DNA of 64,000 nt, taken from positions 5,829,029 to 5,893,028 of the forward strand of contig CM082576.2 in assembly GCA_040954595.2 (NCBI GenBank), written 5' to 3'. Numbering within the stretch: position 1 is the first letter of the stretch; every line of letters starts with the position of its first letter. The position numbers were made by a program, and so were the translations under genes. Below are positions 51,201-64,000 of this stretch, piece by piece. The stretch is from Balanoglossus misakiensis. Taxonomy: Eukaryota > Animalia > Hemichordata. The notes under the pieces are model-generated. The model saw only the letters and a program-made list of their open reading frames with translations, was not told where the DNA came from and made no database searches.

Positions 51201-54200
51201 ACACAGGTACCATCACACGTATACAGCCATAGATAGGTCGACCAAGTATGCGCCCTTCTGAGAAGAATGGCAGCGAAATCTACACTTTAGGTGTGTTTGG
51301 GCTGATTTAAGGTGTGTGGTATAGACCCAGTAAAACACACCTCAGTTGCGTCAAAAACTGCATTGAATTCATTGTGTTACGAAAGCCACCTAAATGATTG
51401 TTAAGTCGAAAGGGGGACTTTGGGTTATTTGGGTTGTGTAAGAATCTATGGGATGTGTTTCGGGTGCCCTTGAATTGTGCTTTGGGTTTATCCAGTGACT
51501 GAGTAAGGGATTATCAGATGCGTGGTGGTTAATTTTAGTCGAAGATAGTGCCTCTTGGCTAGTAAGGCATTGACGTTCTCCATTCTTAAATGTGTTGCTG
51601 ACAATTATTTGGCAAAACTGGATGAGAGTGTTTTTGGTTGGCTTCCCACTGAACTTTCTATATATCTACTTGGCAAGTGCACATGATTGTGTATTCACGT
51701 CAACAAAGAATTAGCCAGAGGTTGGTGATTCTAAAAGATACGTATAAATTGGTTCATCTCAAGCAGGTCCCAAAGGGGAGCATTCTATGCCTGGTGGTCA
51801 AAAATGTGTAGTGATGTATGGTTCAGGTGTACAAGTATTGTACTGTTTTGCCAAATGCAATCGTATTCTAGAAGTTGGTTAATAAATCTTATGGTTACGT
51901 ACATGTTTACTGTATATCTTTGCCGAGTGTCGCATTTTCCAAACAAGGACAAAAGAGGGGGGGGGGGGTCATATTTGAAATGTGCTTTGGGTGTTCTACA
52001 AAACTCTATAATGGCAGCTGCCGCCAATAAGCTATGTGCTGAATTACAAAAATGACTCTTCTTCAAGCAATATTTTACACGTTTCTTGTCCCGAAATGAT
52101 GTCTGGACTTTGACAACCGCATTCTAACGGAAGTACAAGGATGCCAGGTAATCTAGGGACAATGAAAGTGACCTCCTATACCTATGCATCGTGGGGGTAT
52201 AAAAACCAAAACTAAAGAAATTCTGCACAGCCGCTTTCAGTCTGTCCGACTCCGTGTTTGTATTGAGAGAAAATGTTGACCTAATATGAGACGACGGCTT
52301 GTGTGTTTAATATTTTCTTTGCTTTAAAGTATTAGTTCCCCGCACTGACGAGGGTTAACTGTCAGTGGCCCTTCATCGATTTTGTATGATAAACGATACG
52401 CACTCAGTGTGTTGACACAATGACCATCTGTTGCAGTTGGAAATGGATCCATTAAATCACAGTCAATGTGGTGCTCTTCTTTGCCTGGACCAAGTTACGT
52501 GGGTGCCACGGTTGTTATTTTGACCTCGACATCAGATGGGCACCAGCGAGAGTAATACGTGCGAAACACCACGAGTGGACGGCTTTGTGCGCCTTATACA
52601 TGTCACTAATCTAATATGACCATTTGCTAATGTATAATATATGACTAAGAGGTTGCATTCCATCAATATGAACCGGCTAATAGATTAGAGCTCTTCTAAC
52701 CGGGACACGGGAGATAGGGGTCGTGGATGATTAAACCAGATACATGAGCAAAACTAATTGCAGGTTGACCTCAAACCACACCCTCCGCTAAACGAACGAT
52801 TGGAAACGGGCAAAGTGTGATTAGTGTGAATTTATGCTTTTAATTTAAAAAAGGCTCGATAACTTGTAATTGGTTGTATTTAAATTCCACTGATATTTTC
52901 CTTAATTATTTTGAAGCATGTTTTGAAAACAACGTTTTATTGGCAAAAAAGCGTGAAAGTGTTCTTTGCCCACCGAACAGATAAATACTAGTAGGTCAAC
53001 AAGCAGGTCAAAATGCATTGCAGATTTATTGGCAAAGAATTGTGTCATGGTTTGCGGTCCTGACGTGCACCGTTTGGGTCAATTGTATTCATTTTTTACA
53101 TGCGGATCAAAAAAGCCGAAACAATATTACAGATTTGGGTACGTTTTGATATGACCAGGTGGTCCTCTAAAAGGTTTGCTGCAAACCCTTGTAGATGATC
53201 ACTCTGTATAAACAAGAAGAAAGAAGAGGGTCATATTTTGGCAACACGCCGTTGGCGGAGGTCAAAGTTACGTGATCGAGGAAACTAAAAATCCGCCGGC
53301 CCACCCCTCGGCCCTCGTAATAACGCAAGAGCTCCCTCAAGCCACACTTTTACTTTTCCGCCATAATGGCGTCGCACATCTATTTGAGTCTGCAACACGA
53401 CAGCGTGATTTGGATGTCTAAAAACCCAGACTGGACAAGATTCCAGAAAAAAATACTGGCAATGTGTACCGTAAAACAGAAAAAATGTACACGCTGTAAT
53501 GTATGAAAAGTTGACAACATTGTGAGTCTTCGCCGATGCTTGTTTCAAAGCAGTCTGAACGCCAACATCGTCAGCAAAGATGACCAGATCGGACAAAAAC
53601 GTAATTTCATAATGATTCACGAGAGAAAGAATGAAAGGGACAAACAGAAGAATAACTTCAAAGCATGTATTTATTTTTTCATAAACCCGTCGAGTAATTA
53701 ATAATAACTGGTGCGCATTCTTTAGCTTACATCAAAGTGAATACTGAAATCAAAAATAACAAAGATATTAAAAGATGCCATAGGGTAAATTAAATGTTCT
53801 CTATTGGCAGGCCTAAATAAAAGATAAACGGGTTAGGCTTTGATAAAATTTAATATGCCCATCTGGCTAGGGTGTGTAGTTCTGTAGAAACTTTCATACG
53901 ATCCAAACAAAGGTTATGTAAATAAGGGCGTGGCTAAACGGCAACCACGTGACTATACGAGGAATAGAGCTTCCGTTGTCCCATGAAGCACTGCAGCTGA
54001 ACGTATCAAACAATATACATGTTGTGTACAAGCTGCAAAATCAGATACATTAATTTCTTATACATACATGAGGTTACACATCAGTGATTAAATTAATAAT
54101 ATCCCACATCGCATTACTGTGTTATGTATTTACTAATGGATGGGGAAACTGAGCTTCGGCTGTTGTCTGCAGGGTAACTACACAATAAGAGGACTAAGAG

Positions 54201-54879
54201 TACAGATTAACTGCCATTGTAAGCTGGTTAACAAATTTGCCGCAACGAGTTGATGAAAGCATGGAATCATATACTACATTTAAACAAAGAACTATGAGCC
54301 GACAAGGAATTAATATAGAATGATATCAGTGTCACCACGAATAAATTAACCATTTTTTTGACATTTATGATTGGTACAACTCGTGGTATCATAATACCAG
54401 GTAACATTCTTTTGCAATCATGAATTTCGTCTTGAAAAAAATGACTTTAGTAGAGAGGTATCCTGGTTTCACTGTACAGAGGTCTGATGCATGTGTAGGG
54501 GCATTATGGGAAGTACGTTTTCTTCATCAAAGATCGTATATACATGTAGTTGTATCAACATCAATATAGCTGATGTCCTTGAGTCCAAAATCGTCCCGCT
54601 GTTTCTGATCTGTGTGTGCAGAAAACCATACTCTGAAATATTAAAGGTCTCGTGCGCTAAACACAAAAATGCAGATTTTCTCAAATTAGTGCATCAGGCG
54701 TTTGTTTCCAACAGCCACCCCCCTATTATAGGATCTGTTATTTGTGGTAAGTTGAGTGTTTTGTTCATCTGTTGTTCAATGTCAAGTTGGCTGTTTTGTG
54801 ATCAATACAAAGGTAGCTGTTTTGTGATCAATGCCAACTCGGTTGTCTTGTGGTCGCTACCAGATAGGGAAGCTCTTGT

Positions 54880-57800
54880 AATAGCTCCTGAAAATCATCC
54901 AAAAATTAACATTTTTCCGACTTTCCGAAATTGCAAAATTTCTTTATTTATTGAAAAAAATCATGGGTTATAGCTCATGAAAATCATCCAAAAATGACAC
55001 ATTTCCGATTTTGCAAATTTTCAAAATTTCTTCATTTATTGAAATAAATCATGGGTTATAGCTCATGAAAATCATCCACAAATGACAATTTTTCGACTTT
55101 GCGAAGTTTCAAAATTTCTTCATTTTTTGAAAAAAATCATGGGTTATAGCTCATGAAAATCATCCAGAAATGACAATTTTTCGACTTTGCGAAATATCAA
55201 AAATTCTTCATTTTTTTGAAAAAAGCATGGGTTATAGCTCATGAAAATCATCCCGAAATGACAATTTTTCGACTTTGCGAAATATCAAAATTTCTTCATT
55301 TTTTTAAAAAAAGCATGGGTTATAGCTCATGAAAATCATCCAGAAATGACAATTTTTCGACTTTGCGAAATATCAAAATTTCTTCATTTTTTTGAAAAAA
55401 GCATGGGTTATAGCTCATGAAAATCATCCAGAAATGACAATTTTTCGACTTTGCGAAATATCAACATTTCTTCATTTTTTTGAAAAAAGCATGGGTTATA
55501 GCTCATGAAAATCATCCAGAAATGACAATTTTTCGACTTTGCGAAATATCAAAATTTCTTCATTTTTTTGAAAAAAGCATGGGTTATAGCTCATGAAAAT
55601 CATCCAGAAATGACAATTTTTCGACTTTGCGAAATATCAAAATTTCTTCATTTTTTTGAAAAAAGCATGGGTTATAGCTCATGAAAATCATCCAGAAATG
55701 ACAATTTTTCGACTTTGCGAAATATCAAAATTTCTTCATTTTTTTGAAAAAAGCATGGGTTATAGCTCATGAAAATCATCCAGAAATGACAATTTTTCGA
55801 CTTTGCGAAATATCAAAATTTCTTCATTTTTTTGAAAAAAGCATGGGTTATAGCTCATGAAAATCATCCAGAAATGACAATTTTTCGACTTTGCGAAATA
55901 TCAAAATTTCTTCATTTTTTTGAAAAAAGCATGGGTTATAGCTCATGAAAATCATCCAGAAATGACAATTTTTCGACTTTGCGAAATATCAAAATTTCTT
56001 CATTTTTTTGAAAAAAGCATGGGTTATAGCTCATGAAAATCATCCAGAAATGACAATTTTTCGACTTTGCGAAATATCAAAATTTCTTCATTTTTTTGAA
56101 AAAAGCATGGGTTATAGCTCATGAAAATCATCCAGAAATGACAATTTTTCGACTTTGCGAAATATCAACATTTCTTCATTTTTTTGAAAAAAGCATGGGT
56201 TATAGCTCATGAAAATCATCCAGAAATGACAATTTTTTGACTTTGCGAAATATCAAAATTTCTTCATTTTTTTGAAAAAAGCATGGGTTATAGCTCATGA
56301 AAATCATCCAGAAATGACAATTTTTCGACTTTGCGAAATATCAAAATTTCTTCATTTTTTTGAAAAAAGCATGGGTTATAGCTCATAAAAATCATCCAGA
56401 AATGACAATTTTTCGACTTTGCGAAATATCAAAATTTCTTCATTTTTTTGAAAAAAGCATGGGTTATAGCTCATGAAAATCATCCAGAAATGACAATTTT
56501 TCGACTTTGCGAAATATCAAAATTTCTTCATTTTTTTGAAAAAAGCATGGGTTATAGCTCATGAAAATCATCCAGAAATGACAATTTTTCGACTTTGCGA
56601 AATATCAAAATTTCTTCATTTTTTTGAAAAAAGCATGGGTTATAGCTCATGAAAATCATCCAGAAATGACAATTTTTCGACTTTGCGAAATATCAAAATT
56701 TCTTCATTTTTTTGAAAAAAGCATGGGTTATAGCTCATGAAAATCATCCAGAAATGACAATTTTTCGACTTTGCGAAATATCAAAATTTCTTCATTTTTT
56801 TGAAAAAAGCATGGGTTATAGCTCATGAAAATCATCCAGAAATGACAATTTTTCGACTTTGCGAAATATCAAAATTTCTTCATTTTTTTGAAAAAAGCAT
56901 GGGTTATAGCTCATGAAAATCATCCAGAAATGACAATTTTTCGACTTTGCGAAATATCAAAATTTCTTCATTTTTTTGAAAAAAGCATGGGTTATAGCTC
57001 ATGAAAATCATCCAGAAATGACAATTTTTCGACTTTGCGAAATATCAAAATTTCTTCATTTTTTTGAAAAAAGCATGGGTTATAGCTCATGAAAATCATC
57101 CAGAAATGACAATTTTTCGACTTTGCGAAATATCAAAATTTCTTCATTTTTTTGAAAAAAGCATGGGTTATAGCTCATGAAAATCATCCAGAAATGACAA
57201 TTTTTCGACTTTGCGAAATATCAAAATTTCTTCATTTTTTTGAAAAAAGCATGGGTTATAGCTCATGAAAATCATCCAGAAATGACAATTTTTCGACTTT
57301 GCGAAATATCAAAATTTCTTCATTTTTTTGAAAAAAGCATGGGTTATAGCTCATGAAAATCATCCAAAATGACAATTTTTCGACTTTGCGAAATATCAAA
57401 ATTTCTTCATTTTTTTGAAAAAAGCATGGGTTATAGCTCATGAAAATCATCCAGAAATGACAATTTTTCGACTTTGCGAAATATCAAAATTTCTTCATTT
57501 TTTTGAAAAAAGCATGGGTTATAGCTCATGAAAATCATCCAGAAATGACAATTTTTCGACTTTGCGAAATATCAAAATTTCTTCATTTTTTTGAAAAAAG
57601 CATGGGTTATAGCTCATGAAAATCATCCAGAAATGACAATTTATCGACTTTGCGAAATATCAAAATTTCTTCATTTTTTTGAAAAAAGCATGGGTTATAG
57701 CTCATGAAAATCATCCAGAAATGACAATTTTTCGACTTTGCGAAATATCAAAATTTCTTCATTTTTTTGAAAAAAGCATGGGTTATAGCTCATGAAAATC

Positions 57801-60800
57801 ATCCAGAAATGACAATTTTTCGACTTTGCGAAATATCAAAATTTCTTCATTTTTTTGAAAAAAGCATGGGTTATAGCTCATGAAAATCATCCAGAAATGA
57901 CAATTTTTCGACTTTGCGAAATATCAAAATTTCTTCATTTTTTTGAAAAAAGCATGGGTTATAGCTCATGAAAATCATCCAGAAATGACAATTTATCGAC
58001 TTTGCGAAATATCAAAATTTCTTCATTTTTTTGAAAAAAGCATGGGTTATAGCTCATGAAAATCATCCAGAAATGACAATTTTTCGACTTTGCGAAATAT
58101 CAAAATTTCTTCATTTTTTTGAAAAAAGCATGGGTTATAGCTCATGAAAATCATCCAGAAATGACAATTTTTCGACTTTGCGAAATATCAAAATTTCTTC
58201 ATTTTTTTGAAAAAAGCATGGGTTATAGCTCATGAAAATCATCCAGAAATGACAATTTTTCGACTTTGCGAAATATCAAAATTTCTTCATTTTTTTGAAA
58301 AAAGCATGGGTTATAGCTCATGAAAATCATCCAGAAATGACAATTTTTCGACTTTGCGAAATATCAAAATTTCTTCATGTTTTTGAAAAAAGCATGGGTT
58401 ATAGCTCATGAAAATCATCCAGAAATGACAATTTTTCGACTTTGCGAAATATCAAAATTTCTTCATTTTTTTGAAAAAAGCATGGGTTATAGCTCATGAA
58501 AATCATCCAGAAATGACAATTTTTCGACTTTGCGAAATATCAAAATTTCTTCATTTTTTTGAAAAAAGCATGGGTTATAGCTCATGAAAATCATCCAGAA
58601 ATGACAATTTTTCGACTTTGCGAAATATCAAAATTTCTTCACTTTTTTGAAAAAAGCATGGGTTATAGCTCATGAAAATCATCCAGAAATGACAATTTTT
58701 CGACTTTGCGAAATATCAAAATTTCTTCATTTTTTTGAAAAAAGCATGGGTTATAGCTCATGAAAATCATCCAGAAATGACAATTTTTCGACTTTGCGAA
58801 ATATCAAAATTTCTTCATTTTTTTGAAAAAAGCATGGGTTATAGCTCATGAAAATCATCCAGAAATGACAATTTTTCGACTTTGCGAAATATCAAAATTT
58901 CTTCATTTTTTTGAAAAAAGCATGGGTTATAGCTCATGAAAATCATCCAGAAATGACAATTTATCGACTTTGCGAAATATCAAAATTTCTTCATTTTTTT
59001 GAAAAAAGCATGGGTTATAGCTCATGAAAATCATCCAGAAATGACAATTTTTCGACTTTGCGAAATATCAAAATTTCTTCATTTTTTTGAAAAAAGCATG
59101 GGTTATAGCTCATGAAAATCATCCAGAAATGACAATTTTTCGACTTTGCGAAATATCAAAATTTCTTCATTTTTTTGAAAAAAGCATGAGTTATAGCTCA
59201 TGAAAATCATCCAGAAATGACAATTTTTCGACTTTGCGAAATATCAAAATTTCTTCATTTTTTTGAAAAAAGCATGGGTTATAGCTCATGAAAATCATCC
59301 AGAAATGACAATTTATCGAATTTGCGAAATATCAAAATTTCTTCATTTTTTTGAAAAAAGCATGGGTTATAGCTCATGAAAATCATCCAGAAATGACAAT
59401 TTTTCGACTTTGCGAAATATCAAAATTTCTTCATTTTTTTGAAAAAAGCATGGGTTATAGCTCATGAAAATCATCCAGAAATGACAATTTATCGACTTTG
59501 CGAAATATCAAAATTTCTTCATTTTTTTGAAAAAAGCATGGGTTATAGCTCATGAAAATCATCCAGAAATGACAATTTTTCGACTTTGCGAAATATCAAA
59601 ATTTCTTCATTTTTTTGAAAAAAGCATGGGTTATAGCTCATGAAAATCATCCAGAAATGACAATTTTTCGACTTTGCGAAATATCAAAATTTCTTCATTT
59701 TTTTGAAAAAAGCATGAGTTATAGCTCATGAAAATCATCCAGAAATGACAATTTTTCGACTTTGCGAAATATCAAAATTTCTTCATTTTTTTGAAAAAAG
59801 CATGGGTTATAGCTCATGAAAATCATCCAGAAATGACAATTTTTCGACTTTGCGAAATATCAAAATTTCTTCATTTTTTTGAAAAAAGCATGGGTTATAG
59901 CTCATGAAAATCATCCAGAAATGACAATTTTTCGACTTTGCGAAATATCAAAATTTCTTCATTTTTTTGAAAAAAGCATGGGTTATAGCTCATGAAAATC
60001 ATCCAGAAATGACAATTTTTCGACTTTGCGAAATATCAAAATTTCTTCATTTTTTTGAAAAAAGCATGGGTTATAGCTCATGAAAATCATCCAGAAATGA
60101 CAATTTTTCGACTTTGCGAAATATCAAAATTTCTTCATTTTTTTGAAAAAAGCATGGGTTATAGCTCATGAAAATCATCCAGAAATGACAATTTTTCGAC
60201 TTTGCGAAATATCAAAATTTCTTCATTTTTTTGAAAAAAGCATGAGTTATAGCTCATGAAAATCATCCAGAAATGACAATTTTTCGACTTTGCGAAATAT
60301 CAAAATTTCTTCATTTTTTTGAAAAAAGCATGGGTTATAGCTCATGAAAATCATCCAGAAATGACAATTTATCGACTTTGCGAAATATCAAAATTTCTTC
60401 ATTTTTTTGAAAAAAGCATGGGTTATAGCTCATGAAAATCATCCAGAAATGACAATTTTTCGACTTTGCGAAATATCAAAATTTCTTCATTTTTTTGAAA
60501 AAAGCATGGGTTATAGCTCATGAAAATCATCCAGAAATGACAATTTATCGACTTTGCGAAATATCAAAATTTCTTCATTTTTTGAAAAAAGCATGGGTTA
60601 TAGCTCATGAAAATCATCCAGAAATGACAATTTTTCGACTTTGCGAAATATCAAAATTTCTTCATTTTTTTGAAAAAAGCATGGGTTATAGCTCATGAAA
60701 ATCATCCAGAAATGACAATTTTTCGACTTTGCGAAATATCAAAATTTCTTCATTTTTTTGAAAAAAGCATGAGTTATAGCTCATGAAAATCATCCAGAAA

Positions 60801-63800
60801 TGACAATTTTTCGACTTTGCGAAATATCAAAATTTCTTCATTTTTTTGAAAAAAGCATGGGTTATAGCTCATGAAAATCATCCAGAAATGACAATTTTTC
60901 GACTTTGCGAAATATCAAAATTTCTTCATTTTTTTGAAAAAAGCATGGGTTATAGCTCATGAAAATCATCCAGAAATGACAATTTTTCGACTTTGCGAAA
61001 TATCAAAATTTCTTCATTTTTTTGAAAAAAGCATGGGTTATAGCTCATGAAAATCATCCAGAAATGACAATTTATCGACTTTGCGAAATATCAAAATTTC
61101 TTCATTTTTTTGAAAAAAGCATGGGTTATAGCTCATGAAAATCATCCAGAAATGACAATTTTTCGACTTTGCGAAATATCAAAATTTCTTCATTTTTTTG
61201 AAAAAAGCATGGGTTATAGCTCATGAAAATCATCCAGAAATGACAATTTTTCGACTTTGCGAAATATCAAAATTTCTTCATTTTTTTGAAAAAAGCATGG
61301 GTTATAGCTCATGAAAATCATCCAGAAATGACAATTTTTCGACTTTGCGAAATATCAAAATTTCTTCATTTTTTTGAAAAAAGCATGGGTTATAGCTCAT
61401 GAAAATCATCCAGAAATGACAATTTTTCGACTTTGCGAAATATCAAAATTTCTTCATGTTTTTGAAAAAAGCATGGGTTATAGCTCATGAAAATCATCCA
61501 GAAATGACAATTTTTCGACTTTGCGAAATATCAAAATTTCTTCATTTTTTTGAAAAAAGCATGGGTTATAGCTCATGAAAATCATCCAGAAATGACAATT
61601 TTTCGACTTTGCGAAATATCAAAATTTCTTCATTTTTTTGAAAAAAGCATGGGTTATAGCTCATGAAAATCATCCAGAAATGACAATTTTTCGACTTTGC
61701 GAAATATCAAAATTTCTTCACTTTTTTGAAAAAAGCATGGGTTATAGCTCATGAAAATCATCCAGAAATGACAATTTTTCGACTTTGCGAAATATCAAAA
61801 TTTCTTCATGTTTTTGAAAAAAGCATGGGTTATAGCTCATGAAAATCATCCAGAAATGACAATTTTTCGACTTTGCGAAATATCAAAATTTCTTCATTTT
61901 TTTGAAAAAAGCATGGGTTATAGCTCATGAAAATCATCCAGAAATGACAATTTTTCGACTTTGCGAAATATCAAAATTTCTTCATTTTTTTGAAAAAAGC
62001 ATGGGTTATAGCTCATGAAAATCATCCAGAAATGACAATTTATCGACTTTGCGAAATATCAAAATTTCTTCATTTTTTTGAAAAAAGCATGGGTTATAGC
62101 TCATGAAAATCATCCAGAAATGACAATTTTTCGACTTTGCGAAATATCAAAATTTCTTCATTTTTTTGAAAAAAGCATGGGTTATAGCTCATGAAAATCA
62201 TCCAGAAATGACAATTTTTCCACTTTGCGAAATATCAAAATTTCTTCATTTTTTTGAAAAAAGCATGAGTTATAGCTCATGAAAATCATCCAGAAATGAC
62301 AATTTTTCGACTTTGCGAAATATCAAAATTTCTTCATTTTTTGAAAAAAGCATGGGTTATAGCTCATGAAAATCATCCAGAAATGACAATTTATCGACTT
62401 TGCGAAATATCAAAATTTCTTCATTTTTTTGAAAAAAGCATGGGTTATAGCTCATGAAAATCATCCAGAAATGACAATTTTTCGACTTTGCGAAATATCA
62501 AAATTTCTTCATTTTTTTGAAAAAAGCATGGGTTATAGCTCATGAAAATCATCCAGAAATGACAATTTTTCGACTTTGCGAAATATCAAAATTTCTTCAT
62601 TTTTTTGAAAAAAGCATGGGTTATAGCTCATGAAAATCATCCAGAAATGACAATTTTTCGACTTTGCGAAATATCAAAATTTCTTCACTTTTTTGAAAAA
62701 AGCATGGGTTATAGCTCATGAAAATCATCCAGAAATGACAATTTTTCGACTTTGCGAAATATCAAAATTTCTTCACTTTTTTGAAAAAAGCATGGGTTAT
62801 AGCTCATGAAAATCATCCAGAAATGACAATTTTTCGACTTTGCGAAATATTAAAATTTCTTCATTTTTTTGAAAAAAGCATGGGTTATAGCTCATGAAAA
62901 TCATCCAGAAATGACAATTTTTCGACTTTGCGAAATATCAAAATTTCTTCATTTTTTTGAAAAAAGCACGGGTTATAGCTCATGAAAATCATCCAGAAAT
63001 GACAATTTTTCGACTTTGCGAAATATCAAAATTTCTTCATTTTTTTGAAAAAAGCATGGGTTATAGCTCATGAAAATCATCCAGAAATGACAATTTTTCG
63101 ACTTTGCGAAATATCAAAATTTCTTCATTTTTTTGAAAAAAGCATGGGTTATAGCTCATGAAAATCATCCAGAAATGACAATTTTTTGACTTTGCGAAAT
63201 ATCAAAATTTCTTCATTTTTTTGAAAAAAGCATGGGTTATAGCTCATGAAAATCATCCAGAAATGACAATTTTTCGACTTTGCGAAATATCAAAATTTCT
63301 TCATTTTTTTGAAAAAAGCATGGGTTATAGCTCATGAAAATCATCCAGAAATGACAATTTTTCGACTTTGCGAAATATCAAAATTTCTTCATTTTTTTGA
63401 AAAAAGCATGGGTTATAGCTCATGAAAATCATCCAGAAATGACAATTTTTCGACTTTGCGAAATATCAAAATTTCTTCATTTTTTTGAAAAAAGCATGGG
63501 TTATAGCTCATGAAAATCATCCAGAAATGACAATTTTTCGACTTTGCGAAATATCAAAATTTCTTCATTTTTTTGAAAAAAGCATGGGTTATAGCTCATG
63601 AAAATCATCCAGAAATGACAATTTATCGACTTTGCGAAATATCAAAATTTCTTCATTTTTTTGAAAAAAGCATGAGTTATAGCTCATGAAAATCATCCAG
63701 AAATGACAATTTTTCGACTTTGCGAAATATCAAAATTTCTTCATTTTTTTGAAAAAAGCATGGGTTATAGCTCATGAAAATCATCCAGAAATGACAATTT

Positions 63801-64000
63801 TTCGACTTTGCGAAATATCAAAATTTCTTCATTTTTTTTAAAAAAAGCATGGGTTATAGCTCATGAAAATCATCCAGAAATGACAATTTTTCGACTTTGC
63901 GAAATATCAAAATTTCTTCATTTATTGAAAAAAGCATGGGTTATAGCTCATGAAAATCATCCAGAAATGACAATTTTTCGACTTTGCGAAATATCAAAAT
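54880..64000. repeat. 88-bp satellite array, >100 monomers, continues past the window end
   Basis: Monomer gggttatagctcatgaaaatcatccagaaatgacaatttttcgactttgcgaaatatcaaaatttcttcatttttttgaaaaaagcat (88 nt; starts e.g. at 55581 and 55669). The first 3-4 units are diverged. Confidence 0.99.

Noticed and set aside
55600-55640. TTCG...CG as a CENP-B box in the 88-bp monomer
   Set aside because: Does not fit TTCGNNNNANNCGGG in spacing or sequence.

Overview
Eukaryotic, intron-rich animal DNA; a marine invertebrate is plausible but the taxon cannot be fixed from sequence alone. From left to right it holds: (1) most of an SLC5 sodium:solute symporter gene (+, 5' exon not found); (2) three M14A carboxypeptidase genes, namely two near-identical tandem copies on - from a ~5.7 kb duplication and one divergent paralogue on +, separated head-to-head by a ~526-bp satellite with a perfect 31-bp palindrome per unit; (3) LINE, LTR and MITE-like relics; (4) a three-exon, N-acylated globin X-like gene on - with a 13 kb first intron and a CRE plus DR5 element near its start; (5) a highly homogeneous 88-bp satellite with higher-order structure running off the right end. 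I see no wholly new system. The best leads are the active-site changes in the carboxypeptidase cluster (Arg145->Ala in one duplicate, Tyr248->Gly in both, Asn255 in the third), the palindromic satellite in their shared upstream region, and the DR5/CRE module by the globin. All exon models were built by eye from GT-AG sites and frame continuity.
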